Shown: positions 23,026-35,837, numbered from the stretch's first letter. The stretch: 64,000 bases of DNA from Macrostomum hystrix (GCA_950097015.1 CATNEN010000010.1:2542001-2606000), one strand, 5' to 3'. Translations and numbers: made by a program. The notes: generated from the letters alone by a model not told the origin.

Positions 23026-23562
23026 GAGCGATAGAGACAGTATTTAAAACGAATCGAAAAGTACTTTCCCTTCCGCTCAGTAGTGAACTAGCCTGACTCG
23101 CCACCACAAGAATATTAAAATATTGCAATGCGTAAATTAGGCAATCTGGGTTGGGATCCGGTCACAGGAATGTGTGGCATTCGAACTCATTAACGTGGGC
23201 ATTCACTTCAATCAAATGAGAATTCACTGCTATTGCCTGCATAGACACACCATCAAGACTACACTCACTGATGGATAGGTGACTCCGCCAGGTGCGAATT
23301 TTCCTGAATGACTGACAGGTTCGCGTGCGTAATTGTGTTTTTATCACGGCAATGCCTGCTGATTCTCCACGCTGAGCCATTGCAGACCGCATCCAGCAGG
23401 CCCGCCGCCACCCCTCCTCCGCCCACCCCACCCGCCAGTCTGGGTCTATAAAATAGGCACACCTTTAAACATAAAGAGTCACAAATATACAATAAACCTG
23501 TCCTAAACCTTAAATTAAAAATAAATTACCGCGCTTATCACACCTACTGTACCAGATAGGCC

Positions 23563-26500
23563 ATGATAAATACGCAGTCATTAAAGCAGCTGCCCCTGCT
23601 GCTGCTGCTGCTGCTGCTGCTGCCGCACAGCCAGGGCTTCAGCCTACACGCTGCCGTTGACGCAGCGCCGCACAATAAGTCCTCCTACTATGACTTCGAG
23701 GGCAAGGAGGTGAAATTCGGCGGTGGCCACGGACCCAGGGTGCCAATTCACAGCGGCACTAAGTGGTGCGGGGCAGGTGAGCCCACTCACTTTTTAAGTT
23801 CTCAAGTACATCAGGGGTGCTGGATAAGGAAGTTCGTTATAGAAGAAAACTGCAAAAATATCTTTTCGAGCCCGGATTTGGACACAAGTAATCGAAATGT
23901 AGCAGTCATGTTTAGCTGTCATTGCTTTAAGCTTGCTTACAAGCCTTCTTAGGTCAGTGTCTAAGATACTCGTGTAGGGCAAGCTTCAGGTATTCTATCA
24001 AGAGTTGCCACATTTCGATTATTTTTACCGCTTTTGGTTTTTAGAAAATTAAAGCTCATATCTTTAGGCTATTGACAAGTTACTTTTGTCACGTTCTGGC
24101 TTGAAAGGGTATACTTAACTACTAATATACGATTAACGCCCGCAAAGCTTGGGTATCAATTTTATTGTACCATGACTACGTGGCTATCGGGCGGGCTGAT
24201 ATTCGATTATTGCCATAGACGATGTCATTTTGGCCCGAAAAGTTGGGCCGATAATGGATTATTTTTGTGTATTTTAACGTATAGCCACATACTATAAGCC
24301 ACATAGTCTATGGTACAATCACAGTATTACCCAGGCTTTGCGGGCGATAATGAGAAATCCCTCGGGCGCCTTCGGCGCCCTCTGGCTTTCCCATTATCGC
24401 CCTGAAAGCCTGGGTAATAATATACTATTGTTACCATAGACGTTTTTGCCCAAGCTATACTTTCAGAGTCAGAGACGGGGGTGTGGGGCAGAGCCCCACT
24501 TCGGGGTGCCATAGACATTTGAGCCTCAGTAAGCCATTCCTATTGGTCGATGCCTTTTTGCGGGCGGATAATGGCTATTAACTGCCCGCAAGAAAATTAC
24601 CGAGCATTAATTCATCTATGGCCATTAACGGGCAAGAATTTCTGCCCGCCGGGCAAAGAGGTCATGGTACAATACTTTATTTACTTAACTTTAACATGAA
24701 AATCAGAATCTCCGTCTTTGAAAACAGCATAATCTTCTAGCTATTAAATAGAGCCAAAAGAGAGATCAAGGTTAAAATACGATCAGAAAGCATTCCTTAC
24801 CGTCTAGGAGGAATCAGATGTAGCAGAAGGTGGCTACACTTACACATGAATGGTGGAAGCTTTGTCCTAAAGTTTACAACCGTCTGTGTCTGTGCGCCTT
24901 TTTTCGGGCAGTTTTCCTTAAAGCCGGGTGATTTTCCGAATTTCTACTTTGCCAAATCCCAGTAACCTAAGGCCGAGGCAGCGCGTGGCGCGGAAATCAC
25001 AAGATCACGTGATCCCCGATCCTTCAAGTGCAAGCGCACTTAAACTCTCCCCTGAGGCCGTGGCCGTGTTTGGAGTTTATGGCGGGTCAGCGTGGCGGAG
25101 GGGTGGTGGGTGCTGGCGGCCCCCCGGTTTATTATTATTATCTAGGGCTGGCGTCACTCACACCCACGCACCGGTCGCGTGAGAGCGAGTGCACATGCTG
25201 ACTTCATACAAGTCGACATCTGCCGCCATTTCTAATTATTGAGATGAGTACCCTGGTGCAGTCTGAACGGAATGCCGGCATACTTGTAAACAGGACTGAG
25301 CAGTAAACACGAACTGCTGTGTCATATAGAGGTCACCTTATATTTCCATAACCCTCGGCAGGTAACATCGCCTCGAACTTCAGCGACCTCGGCAACGCAT
25401 TCGAGACAGACAAGTGCTGCCGGAAGCACGACTACTGCGGCGTGTACGTCAGGCCGGGCGAACAGAAGTACAATTTCAAAAATAGCTTCATGTTCACACT
25501 GTCCCACTGCGAGTGCGACAACGAGTAAGTTGGCTTCCAATGTTGTGAATGAAGATCCAATGTTGTGAATGAAGATCCAATGTTGTGAATGAAGATCCAA
25601 TGTTGTGAATGAAGATCCAATGTTGTGAATGAAGATCCAATGTTGTGAATGAAGATCCAATGTTGTGAATGAAGATCCAATGTTGTGAATGAAGATCCAA
25701 TGTTGTGAATGAAGATCCAATGTTGTAAATGAAGATCCAATTTTGTGAATGAAGATCCAATGTTGTGAATCAAGTTCCAAGTGTACGGGTGAAGATTCAG
25801 TTTTGTGAATATAGGTTCAGTTGTGTGTGTAAAGAGTTTTGTGAATAATGGTTCAGGTGTGCGGTGAAGATTCAGTTTTGTGAATAAAGGTTCATGTGTG
25901 TGGGTGAAGATTCAGTATTGTGAATAAAGGTTCTGTTGTGTGGGTGAAGAGTTTTGTGAATAATGGTTCAGGTGTGTGGGTGAAGATTCAGTATTGTGAA
26001 TATAGGTTCAGTTGTGTGGGTGAAGATTCAGTATTGTGAATAAAGGTTCAGTTGTGTGGGTGAAGATTCAGTATTGTGAATAAAGGTTCAGGTGTGTGGG
26101 TGAAGATTCAGTTTTGTGAATAAAGGTTCAGGTGTGTGGGTGAAGATTCAGTATTGTGAATAAAGGTTCAGGTGTGCGGTGAAGATTCAGTATTGTGAAT
26201 AAAGGTTCAGGTGTGCGGTGAAGATTCAGTATTGTGAATAAAGGTTCTGTTGTGTGGGTGAAGAGTTTTGTGAATAATGGTTCAGGTGTGTGGGTGAAGA
26301 TTCAGTTTTGTGAATAAAGGTTCAGTTGTGTGGGTGAAGAGTTTTGTGAATAAAGGTTCAGTTGTGTGGGTGAAGATTCAGTATTGTGAATAAAGGTTCA
26401 GTTGTGTGGGTGAAGAGTTTTGTGAATAATGGTTCAGGTGTGTGGGTGAAGATTCAGTTTTGTGAATAAAGGTTCAGTTGTGTGGGTGAAGAGTTTTGTG

Positions 26501-27325
26501 AATAAAGGTTCAGTTGTGTGGGTGAAGATTCAGTTTTGTGAATAAAGGTTCAGTTGTGTGGGTGAAGAGTTTTGTGAATAATGGTTCAGGTGTGTGGGTG
26601 AAGATTCAGTTTTGTGAATAAAGGTTCAGTTGTGTGGGTGAAGAGTTTTGTGAATAAAGGTTCAGTTGTGTGGGTGAAGATTCAGTTTTGTGAATAAAGG
26701 TTCAGTTGTGTGGGTGAAGAGTTTTGTGAATAATGGTTCAGGTGTGTGGGTGAAGATTCAGTATTGTGAATAAAGGTTCAGTTGTGTGGGTGAAGAGTTT
26801 TGTGAATAATGGTTCAGGCGTGTCGGTTGTAGAAAATGTTTTCAACTGAAATCAGTCGAGCTGTAAAACTGATTTCAATATTTTTGCAATGAAAATGTTG
26901 GTCAGCTAAATGCTCATTCGGTTCTGTAGCAGAATATTTCATGTCTTATCACATAAACAGCCAGCTTTGTCCTCAACTCTAACAAGCCTACCTGTTGACG
27001 TGAACTGTTAAACTGAAAAGAATTTGATCGCAGGCTGAGCAGTTCAGAGGCGTAGCAATTTTCCTCCCGCAGCTTCCTGAAATGCCTGCGGGCCTCCAGG
27101 GACGCGCAGGCCAAGAGCGTCCTGTTCTACTTCTTCTACAGCCTGCGAATGCCCTGCTTCAGCCTGGTGCCCCAGCAGACCTGCGTGCTGCAGAGCTGGT
27201 GGGACCGCATGACTGGCGGCTGCAGCAGGAAGGAGATGCGGCAGACGGCCGTGCTGATGCGCCTGCCGCAGATCAACCTCAACGCGCCGCCGCCGCCCGT
27301 GAAATTTCGCACCAACCGCAAGTGA
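23563..27325 (+). CDS. Secreted phospholipase A2, group III (bee-venom type); exons 23563-23776, 25362-25524, 27073-27325
   Basis: A Leu-rich signal peptide, the Ca-loop GTKWCGAGN, the catalytic CCRKHDYC and SHCECDNDFLKCL are all present. Phases 1 and 2 join correctly. Confidence 0.93.
24165..24672. mobile_element. MITE-like element in PLA2 intron 1, flanked by TA
   Basis: TA|TTGTACCATGAC...GTCATGGTACAA|TA gives perfect 12-bp TIRs. An internal long palindrome spans 24306-24441. Confidence 0.75.
25536..26820. repeat. Compound minisatellite in PLA2 intron 2: a 20-bp unit (25536-25785) grading into a 36/40-bp unit
   Basis: TCCAATGTTGTGAATGAAGA x ~12, followed by GTTGTGTGGGTGAAGATTCAGTATTGTGAATAAAGGTTCA-type units. 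Confidence 0.95.
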
Positions 27326-27899
27326 GGCTCCGTGGGTCGTGGGGTCTCAGGTGAAGTTGCGGACATCTGCAAACTGCACTACTGACTATGTAGTAGTCAT
27401 GTGGACATTCTGTTTTCAAACTTCAACATGCTTTTCATTCGTCAGTTCAATAGAGCAGCGCCTTGTTGTGTCCATTGAAGTTTTGTACAGCAAGTTTAGC
27501 TCGTTAATGACCATGTCATACTACTGGTGGGTCCGACGATTAAGTAGTGCATCATCTAAGTAATTTCTGAATATTAATTTGGATCTCCGCTTGTAGGAAA
27601 TGCACCAACAATTGAGCTGCGGGTCACACCAGAACTTTTATTTAGATAGGATCTCCACAATGACTCTTGATTGAGCCCAACGTTCCGTCTGAATCTCTCC
27701 ATTCAGTATTATTTCTCCGAACTAAAAGTACATCTAAATATTGACAAAAAATTCTCGCCATTCTATTGATGAGTATTATGGTGAGCAATAATCAATTTTT
27801 TTATTAAATTGCATGAAATATACACAAGTCCCAGTGCAATCTTGATCACTTTGACTCCTATATGTCGGTTAGTTCAGGTTGATTGACTTTTACTTATGC

Positions 27900-28290
27900 A
27901 AATCAGTAACAGCAAATAGATCAGTAGCTTGACTCTTAGCCAGATTAGTATCTGGACTCTTAGCCAGATTAGTAGCTGGACTCTTAGCCAGATTAGTAGC
28001 TGGACTCTTAGCCACATCAGTAGCTGGACTCTTAGCCAGTTTAGTCGCAGGACTCTTAGCCACATTCGTTGCTAGATCAGTAACTAGACTATTAGCTGGT
28101 AGCTAGTTAGATCAGTAGCTAGATCAGTAGCTAGACTCTTTGCTAGATCAGTAGCTAGATCAGTAGCTAGATCAGTAGCTAGACTAATTGCTAGATCAGT
28201 AGCTAGATCAGTAGCTAGATCAGTAAATAGATCAGTAGCTAGATCAGTAGCTAGACTCTTTGCTAGATCAGTAGCTAGCAAACTAACAGC
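27900..28290. repeat. 24-bp (CAGATTAGTAGCTGGACTCTTAGC) and 12-bp (AGCTAGATCAGT) tandem repeats
   Basis: Adjacent related direct repeats downstream of PLA2. Confidence 0.9.
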
Positions 28291-29345
28291 TAGCATTAGC
28301 ACTGTTATATGATTAGTCTCTTAAATCGAGCTAGAAAGCAGTGCTGCGAGGCTGGGAATGTATCTACAAAATTAGTTTTCAGACAGCAGGCTTCAAATCC
28401 TGCATCAGAGAATGGAGACTGCACGGCTGTGGCCGAAGATGAAGGCTCGGAATGAAGGCTCACTGACCCGGTCCACAGCAATTAGTCTGCTCCCCGCCAG
28501 AGCTCCGGAGGGAGAGAAATTTGAATCAAGAAGCAGCTTAAACCAGATCGATTGTGGCCGCTCCGCTCTCCCCTGCTCTCCCCTCCGCACACTTCATGAC
28601 CGCGTTTGCCTCCAGCGGGGCTTCAATGGCGGCAGCTGTGCCAACATCCTCCAAGGCTGCATGGCTGCCGGAGTATCAGAGATTGCCGTTGCAAGTTTAG
28701 CTCAGTCTGCGCCGAAAAAGACGACACAGCTGGGGCGACGGAGCGGAGAAGGCACTCACCCATGGGTGGGAAACTCTGGTTAAGTGAGGGCCATGAGGGT
28801 ACACAAGGGAGGCCGACCGCCTCTGTACAAATTTGTGCTGGGGTGGCTTGAGCTGCTCCACAGGGTGTTATTATCACTGCTAATCTACAGCCGCCGTTTT
28901 CCCATCTCATCGAAGTTGTTAAGCAACTTCTTCCCAACCCGGCTAGTACTATCACTCGTGCTTCACAAAGCTACTATCTACTGGGATGTTTCCTGTTCCT
29001 CTCCCCTCTCTTATATATTCCTATTCTCATTCTCACATCTCTTCCTTCCCACTCTCGCGTGTCCTCTCCACCGACTTTCCGCTCTCACCCTTCCCCCTAT
29101 ATTTTTCTCCTCAGTCTCAAACCCAGTTTCCTCTGCCGGGTGCTCTGGTCCCTCGTTCCCAGCCAGTGGTTTCAGTCCGCACTTGCAATGGAAACCGCTG
29201 AGCGGCCACTTGCCAGTCAGTCACTGGCTTGAACAAACTTCCAGTTGCTGTTGAAGTGGAAATTGGGAACTTGAAAGAAGGACCGCTAGTACTGAGCCTT
29301 GAGCGGACTTATTAGAGAACTTTTCAGCTCGTATTTCAGTCGCGC

Positions 29346-29359
29346 GTTGCCATGGCAAC
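29346..29359. promoter_or_regulatory. Perfect palindromic RFX X-box GTTGCCATGGCAAC
   Basis: An exact consensus 14-mer about 440 bp upstream of the claudin-like ATG. Confidence 0.6.
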
Positions 29360-29795
29360 CCAGCCAATCAAATTGTTTGAGCAGGCTGGAGGCATGAAAG
29401 TGAAGTCCGCGGAGGGAACGCTGGGCCGGTAGGGAGGCGCCGGAGAGACAAGACCGGCATTCGAGATGGCAAGGCCGGGTGGGCAAGGCGGCACTTTGCT
29501 GCAGGCTGGGAGAGGAATGTGAGCTCAGGGGGCTGGGGAGGTACCGGGCGAGAGCTTCTCTTCCCCCCGGGCGGCCAGTCGAGAAAATCCCATTGGGACC
29601 GGATTGGAGAAGCGCGGCGACAACTGGACAGGCCGGGCTGGGAGACGCAGGGCGGCAACTAGGGCCTGGCTCTTTATGCTAGATCCCTCCGCACTTTGCT
29701 GCTCCCAATCCCAAACCCAACGGCAGGGGAAATTCTCCAACTCCAGTTCAATCCACTCTGCGCTGCGTTCCGCTGAGAGGCGCCCGCTGCACGGC

Positions 29796-32700
29796 ATGAC
29801 GTCATCGACGACTGGGGCGCCACCATCGGCTGGCGGCAAGGGAAAGGACTCGCGTCGGGCCACGCCTCGTTTCCGCGCCTGTGGAGGCGGCGTCTGCGGC
29901 CTGACGGTGGCGGCGGCCGGCGGCAGCGGCCTCAGCTGCCTCCTTCTGGTGCTGAGTGCCAGCACCGTCTACTGGGACTCCGTGACCTTTGACTTCGCCC
30001 AGGTCAACCGGACTCTGGCAGCAACCCCTTCGAGTGTCTGGCAGCGGCCGAGACCGCTGTACTCTGAGTCCGGACAACTGGCCGGGCTCGTCCTGCTGCC
30101 CGCCGCCAGGGCCAACAGCTCCGTGAATGCGACCGGCACCGTGACAGCAGGAGGCTTCTGCCTGCTGAACGTCTTCGCCAGCCTGTGGAGCTTGTGCGAC
30201 AGGGTGAACTCAGCATGTGAGCTGACGGACAACTGAGCTTCAGAGATCTCAGAGTCTGCTGGGGTGCTCAGCTTCAATTCTCAGAGTTTACTGGGTGCTC
30301 AGCTTTAGGGATTCTCAGAGTTTACTGCGTGCTCAGCTTCAGGGATTCTCAGAGTTTACTGGGTGCTCAACTTCAGGGATCTCAGAGTTTACTGGGTGCT
30401 CAGCTTCAGGGATTCTCAGAGTTTACTGGGTGCTCAGCTTCAGGGATCTCAGAGTTTACTGGGTGCTCAGCTTCAAGGATTCTGAGAGTTTACTGCGTGC
30501 TCAGCTTCAGGGATTCTCAGAGTTTACTGGGTGCTCAACTTCAGGGATCTCAGAGTTTACTGGGTGCTCAGCTTCAGGGATTCTCAGAGTTTACTGGGTG
30601 CTCAGCTTCAGGGATCTCAGAGTTTACTGGGTGCTCAGCTTCAAGGATTCTGAGAGTTTACTGGGTGCTCAGCTTCAGGGATCTCAGAGTTTACTGGGTG
30701 CTCAGCTTCAGGGATCTCAGAGTTTACTGGGTGCTCAGCTTCAGGGATCTCAGAGTTAACTGGTGCTCAACTTCAGAAATCTCAGAGTTTACTGGGTGCT
30801 CAACTTCAGGGATCTCAGAGTTTACTGGGTGCTCAGCTTCAGGGATTCTCAGAGTTTACTGGGTGCTCAACTTCAGGGATCTCAGAGTTTACTGGGTGCT
30901 CAGCTTCAGGGATTCTCAGAGTTTACTGGGTGCTCAGCTTCAGGGATCTCAGAGTTTACTGGGTGCTCAGCTTCAAGGATTCTGAGAGTTTACTGCGTGC
31001 TCAGCTTCAGGGATTCTCAGAGTTTACTAGGTGCTCAACTTCAGGGATCTCAGAGTTTACTGGGTGCTCAGCTTCAGGGATTCTCAGAGTTTACTGGGTG
31101 CTCAGCTTCAGGGATCTCAGAGTTTACTGGGTGCTCAGCTTCAAGGATTCTGAGAGTTTACTGCGTGCTCAGCTTCAGGGATTCTCAGAGTTTACTGGGT
31201 GCTCAACTTCAGAAATCTCAGAGTTTACTGGGTGCTCAACTTCAGAAATCTCAGAGTTTACTGGGTGCTCAACTTCAGAAATCTCAGAGTTTACTGGGTG
31301 CTCAACTTCAGGGATCTCAGAGTTTACTGGGTGCTCAACTTCAGAAATCTCAGAGTTTACTGGGTGCTCAACTTCAGGGATCTCAGAGTTTACTGGGTGC
31401 TCAGCTTCAGGGATTCTCAGAGTTTACTGGGTGCTCAGCTTCAGGGATCTCAGAGTTTACTGGGTGCTCAGCTTCAAGGATTCTGAGAGTTTACTGCGTG
31501 CTCAGCTTCAGGGATTCTCAGAGTTTACTGGGTGCTCAACTTCAGGGATCTCAGAGTTTACTGGGTGCTCAGCTTCAGGGATTCTCAGAGTTTACTGGGT
31601 GCTCAGCTTCAGGGATCTCAGAGTTTACTGGGTGCTCAGCTTCAAGGATTCTGAGAGTTTACTGGGTGCTCAGCTTCAGGGATCTCAGAGTTTACTGGGT
31701 GCTCAGCTTCAGGGATCTCAGAGTTTACTGGGTGCTCAGCTTCAGGGATCTCAGAGTTAACTGGTGCTCAACTTCAGAAATCTCAGAGTTTACTGGGTGC
31801 TCAACTTCAGGGATCTCAGAGTTTACTGGGTGCTCAGCTTCAGGGATTCTCAGAGTTTACTGGGTGCTCAACTTCAGGGATCTCAGAGTTTACTGGGTGC
31901 TCAGCTTCAGGGATTCTCAGAGTTTACTGGGTGCTCAGCTTCAGGGATCTCAGAGTTTACTGGGTGCTCAGCTTCAAGGATTCTGAGAGTTTACTGCGTG
32001 CTCAGCTTCAGGGATTCTCAGAGTTTACTAGGTGCTCAGCTTCAGGGATCTCAGAGTTTACTGGGTGCTCAGCTTCAAGGATTCTGAGAGTTTACTGCGT
32101 GCTCAGCTTCAGGGATTCTCAGAGTTTACTGGGTGCTCAACTTCAGAAATCTCAGAGTTTACTGGGTGCTCAACTTCAGAAATCTCAGAGTTTACTGGGT
32201 GCTCAACTTCAGAAATCTCAGAGTTTACTGGGTGCTCAACTTCAGGGATCTCAGAGTTTACTGGGTGCTCAACTTCAGAAATCTCAGAGTTTACTGGGTG
32301 CTCAACTTCAGGGATCATTCCACATTCCACGCGCCCATCTTCTCCTGTCTATTCTTGGAACATGATAATTCACAACATATGCAACCTAAAAATGAATCAA
32401 CTTTCTCCTCGTCACAGCCGCGATAAATTCGGATTACACGACCTATTGTTACTCGTACAGCATGCTGGTTCGGAATAACACCTGCTTCAACTACATCACC
32501 GATTATAATAGCATCCGGGATCTGCTGGACAGGACTGAGAATACGTCTGAGTCGCAGATTATGAGTGAGTATTGAGAAAAATCATTGAGATATTATTATG
32601 AAGTATTGAGAACGATGATAGAAAGCGGGACAGAACTGAATCTGGTCAGGTGGGACGAGGCGATCCTAAATAAACGCCTGAGGTGAGGTGGTTGGTTTTG

Positions 32701-35700
32701 GAGGGCGTATGGACAGGGCGTGAGGTTGGTGGTTTGGAGGACAGATAAACAGGGCGTGAGGTTGGTGGTTTGGAGGGCAGATAAACAGGGCGTGAGGTTG
32801 GTGGTTTGGAGGGCAGATAAACAGGGCGTGAGGTTGGTGGTTTGGAGGGTAGATAAACAGGGCGTGAGGTTGGTGGTCTGGAGGGCAGATAAACAGGGCG
32901 TGAGGTTGGTGGGTTGTAAGGCAGAACAGATTTTCTTCCTTTTGTTTCAGAAATGCAAAACAACGCGATGGCCTGCTCAATCGTTGTGTTGCTATGCGTC
33001 GCTGCGTCCATGGTTACGGGTACCATCGGCCTGCTAGCTAGGGTTGTGCCGTCAATCATGGTGACCTGTGTGCTGCACCTGACAGCTGGTGAGTTCTATG
33101 GACTGCTGATGAGATCAAGTGGCTGGTAAATCTGTACTAAAAATCGGAATTTCGTCTTGTCCAGGCATCTTCATCGTGTTCAGCAACTCCATTCAGCACG
33201 AGAAGGTGTCGCGGATGATGCGAAAGCCGCAGATTGACGCCTGCCCGCAATGTGTCTGCTACTCGCTGATCAAGACACCTGAGCAGGTGAGGTGGAGGGG
33301 ATGAGACGCGAGGATTAGAGGGAAGCTGGGTGGAATAAATGAGGACAAACGATGGCATTGTTTCGCTCAGTATATGGCAACAATGAAATCAACAGGTACG
33401 ACAAAACTGCTTTTCAGTCAAACAAATCGCCTATTTAATTTACGTCGTAGTTTATCTGTTTATTTTTAGATTAGCCATTGCTAGCAATATGAAAACCGGG
33501 GCGCTCTTATCGCTCTTACCGGAGATGAATTTGCGATTTCAACTCCTCTCCTCACTGCGAGACGAGTCAAGCCAGAGCATTGGGAAATGAGCGAAACAGG
33601 AAAAGCGGGGCTGGCGATTTAAGAGGCTGGGGCAGCCCAGGCAGTTCGAATGATGGAGTGCAGCGACTCACAGAAAGTCAATCTCTCTAACGGGAAATGA
33701 AAGCAGACAGCGGCAAGACAGGGAAGGAGTTTTCTGCAGAAGCTCTGCCTCTGGGTGGTTGATTGGGATTTCAGACATTGTGAGCCGATGCTGAATGCAT
33801 TCGCGGTGGGTCAAGGCCAAAACCTGTATGCGTTGCTCACCTGTCGGCGGTGTACACCTTTCTGCGGTGTACACCTGTCTGCGGTGCACACCTGTCTGCG
33901 GTCTTGTCTCGCCCGCCAGCATAGCAACAAGACTGACACTCGAGACCAAATTTCTAGCTTCAAGCACCTGTCAGCACAGTTGCTGTGTCTTGCACTTTTC
34001 CCAAAGGTAAATTATTTAAAGTGCATATCAGGTGGTGAGCTTCAGTGACTTGTGGAATTATTGCGATTGACGAAATGCACCTCAGGAGGCGAAAAGGACT
34101 ACAGCTCTACTCACTGCAGCTCTACTCACTGCAGCTCTACTCACTGCAGCTCTACTCACTGCAGCTCTACTCACTACAGCTCTACTCACTACAGCTCTAC
34201 TCACTACAGCTCTACTCACTACAGCTCTACTCACTGCAGCTCTACTCACTGCAGCTCTACTCACTACAGCTCTACTCACTACAGCTCTACTCACTACAGC
34301 TCTACTCACTGCAGCTCTACTCACTGCAGCTCTACTCACTACAGCTCTACTCACTACAGCTCTACTCACTGCAGCTCACCTCACAACTCACTGCAGCTCG
34401 ACTCACAACTAACTGCAGCTCGACTCACAACAGCTCAGCTCACAATCAACTCAACTCAACAATTCAACTCACACTCAGTACACGATTTTAATAGTTAATT
34501 AAACATGAAAAACGTGAGCTGCATGCTGCTGGAGACCCTTCATTCTTTAAGTAGCAGAAGCCATGCATGTGCAGCTGGATAATTTCCAAGAATTCTTGTG
34601 CTGCCGTCTTCAACAAGAACAACAAAAAAATACGCTGTCAGGATGAAAAAGTGCAGCTTTCCTTTTAGGAATATATTTTCTTTATTTAGGTTCTATCAGG
34701 CCCAGTATTATCAAGAGGTACTCAGTGAATCATTTTAAGTGGCTCGTTTGTCTGAAATTTAAACAGAGAAATAATTGGCATCTCAAATGCAGTACTAGCT
34801 GACGAAACAGTACATATAAATGAAGTTAAGTGGCAACGTGCTTTCGCATAAGCAAAGAAATTTAAACCACATAGCTTATGAAGACTTTATTGTTTTTAAT
34901 GATATATGATGTGTGAAGTGCCGAGGTAGATATACGGACAGATGTGAACTGCCGAGGTAGATACACGGACAGATGTGAACTGCCGAGGTAGATACACGGA
35001 CAGGTTTGAACTGCCGAGGTAGATACACGGACAGGTGTGAAGTGCCGAGGTAGATACACGGACAGATGTGAACTGCCAAGGTAGATACACGGACAGATGT
35101 GAACTGCCGAGGTAGATACACGGACAGATGTGAACTGCCGAGGTAGATACACGGACAGATGTGAACTGCCGAGGTAGATACACGGACAGATGTGAACTGC
35201 CGAGGTAGATGCATGGGTAGGTGTGAACTGCCGAGGTAGATGCATGGGTAAGTCTGAACTGCCGAGGTAGATGCATGGGTAGGTGTGAACTGCCGAGGTA
35301 GATGCATGGGTAGGTGTGAACTGCCGAGGTAGATGCATGGGTAGGTGTGAACTGCCGAGGTAGATGCATGGGTAGGTGTGAACTGCCGAGGTAGATGCAT
35401 GGGTAGGTGTGAACTGCCGAGGTAGATGCATGGGTAGGTGTGAACTGGGGGCCATTGTCTTCTGGAAAGGGTGCTCACCTTTACAACCCGCAGGTTGATG
35501 TAATTAAACAGCAGTTGAAAAACAGACGCGGCAGAAAAAGGATGCCGTCAAAATGTCTCGCTCTTTCCAGAGCGTTTGGAGCAGTGCATTGCAACGATTT
35601 GCGATACACTGGATGGATGGATCCAACGGAGGGCCAGTAAAAAACAACAAACTACCCTCAAGAGTACTAAAACACCTGACCAACCCGCAGTTCTGCAACT

Positions 35701-35837
35701 CAGCCCACCGCAGCGTGGCCCTGGGCTGGTCGGTCGCGGTCTCGTGGGTAGCGGCAGCGGCCTACCTGGGCACCGCCGCCTGCTGGCTGGCTTTAACGAG
35801 GCGCACCCGCATTGAGAAGGCCAAGTCAATGGTTTGA
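29796..35837 (+). CDS. Claudin/PMP22-superfamily-like four-TM protein; exons 29796-30216, 32418-32564, 32951-33088, 33165-33286, 35691-35837
   Basis: TM1 (GLSCLLLVLSASTVYW), a long Cys- and N-glycan-rich first loop with SLWSLC, TM2/TM3 (MACSIVVLLCVAAS...; MVTCVLHLTAGIFIVF) and a last exon LGWSVAVSWVAAAAYL typical of the superfamily. All junctions are GT-AG and in phase. An alternative in-frame ATG lies at 29676. Confidence 0.75.
30238..32315. repeat. 33/34-bp minisatellite (CTCAGAGTTTACTGGGTGCTCAGCTTCAGGGAT) with higher-order blocks, filling claudin-like intron 1
   Basis: About 60 copies; variant blocks recur about 1 kb apart. All long ORFs here are artefacts of the repeat. Confidence 0.97.
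32700..32912. repeat. 36-bp tandem repeat in claudin-like intron 2
   Basis: CAGGGCGTGAGGTTGGTGGTTTGGAGGGCAGATAAA x ~5-6. Confidence 0.93.
34100..34460. repeat. 15-bp tandem repeat (CAGCTCTACTCACT[G/A]) in claudin-like intron 4
   Basis: About 19 clean copies followed by a decayed tail. Confidence 0.95.
34910..35447. repeat. 31-bp tandem repeat (GTGAACTGCCGAGGTAGAT[ACACGGACAGAT/GCATGGGTAGGT])
   Basis: About 17 copies in two variant blocks. Confidence 0.95.

Noticed and set aside
28400-29600. ORFs of 60-156 aa upstream of the claudin-like gene
   Set aside because: No domain similarity or consistent exon chain; likely promoter or 5' UTR.
30295-32478. Long ORFs (up to 407 aa) in several frames
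   Set aside because: They are translations of the 33/34-bp intronic minisatellite, with overlapping periodic peptides and no domain.
35553-35690. In-frame 5' extension of the last claudin-like exon
   Set aside because: The acceptor at 35690 already gives a coherent protein, and the extension has no supporting motif. An alternative acceptor at ~35568 is not excluded.
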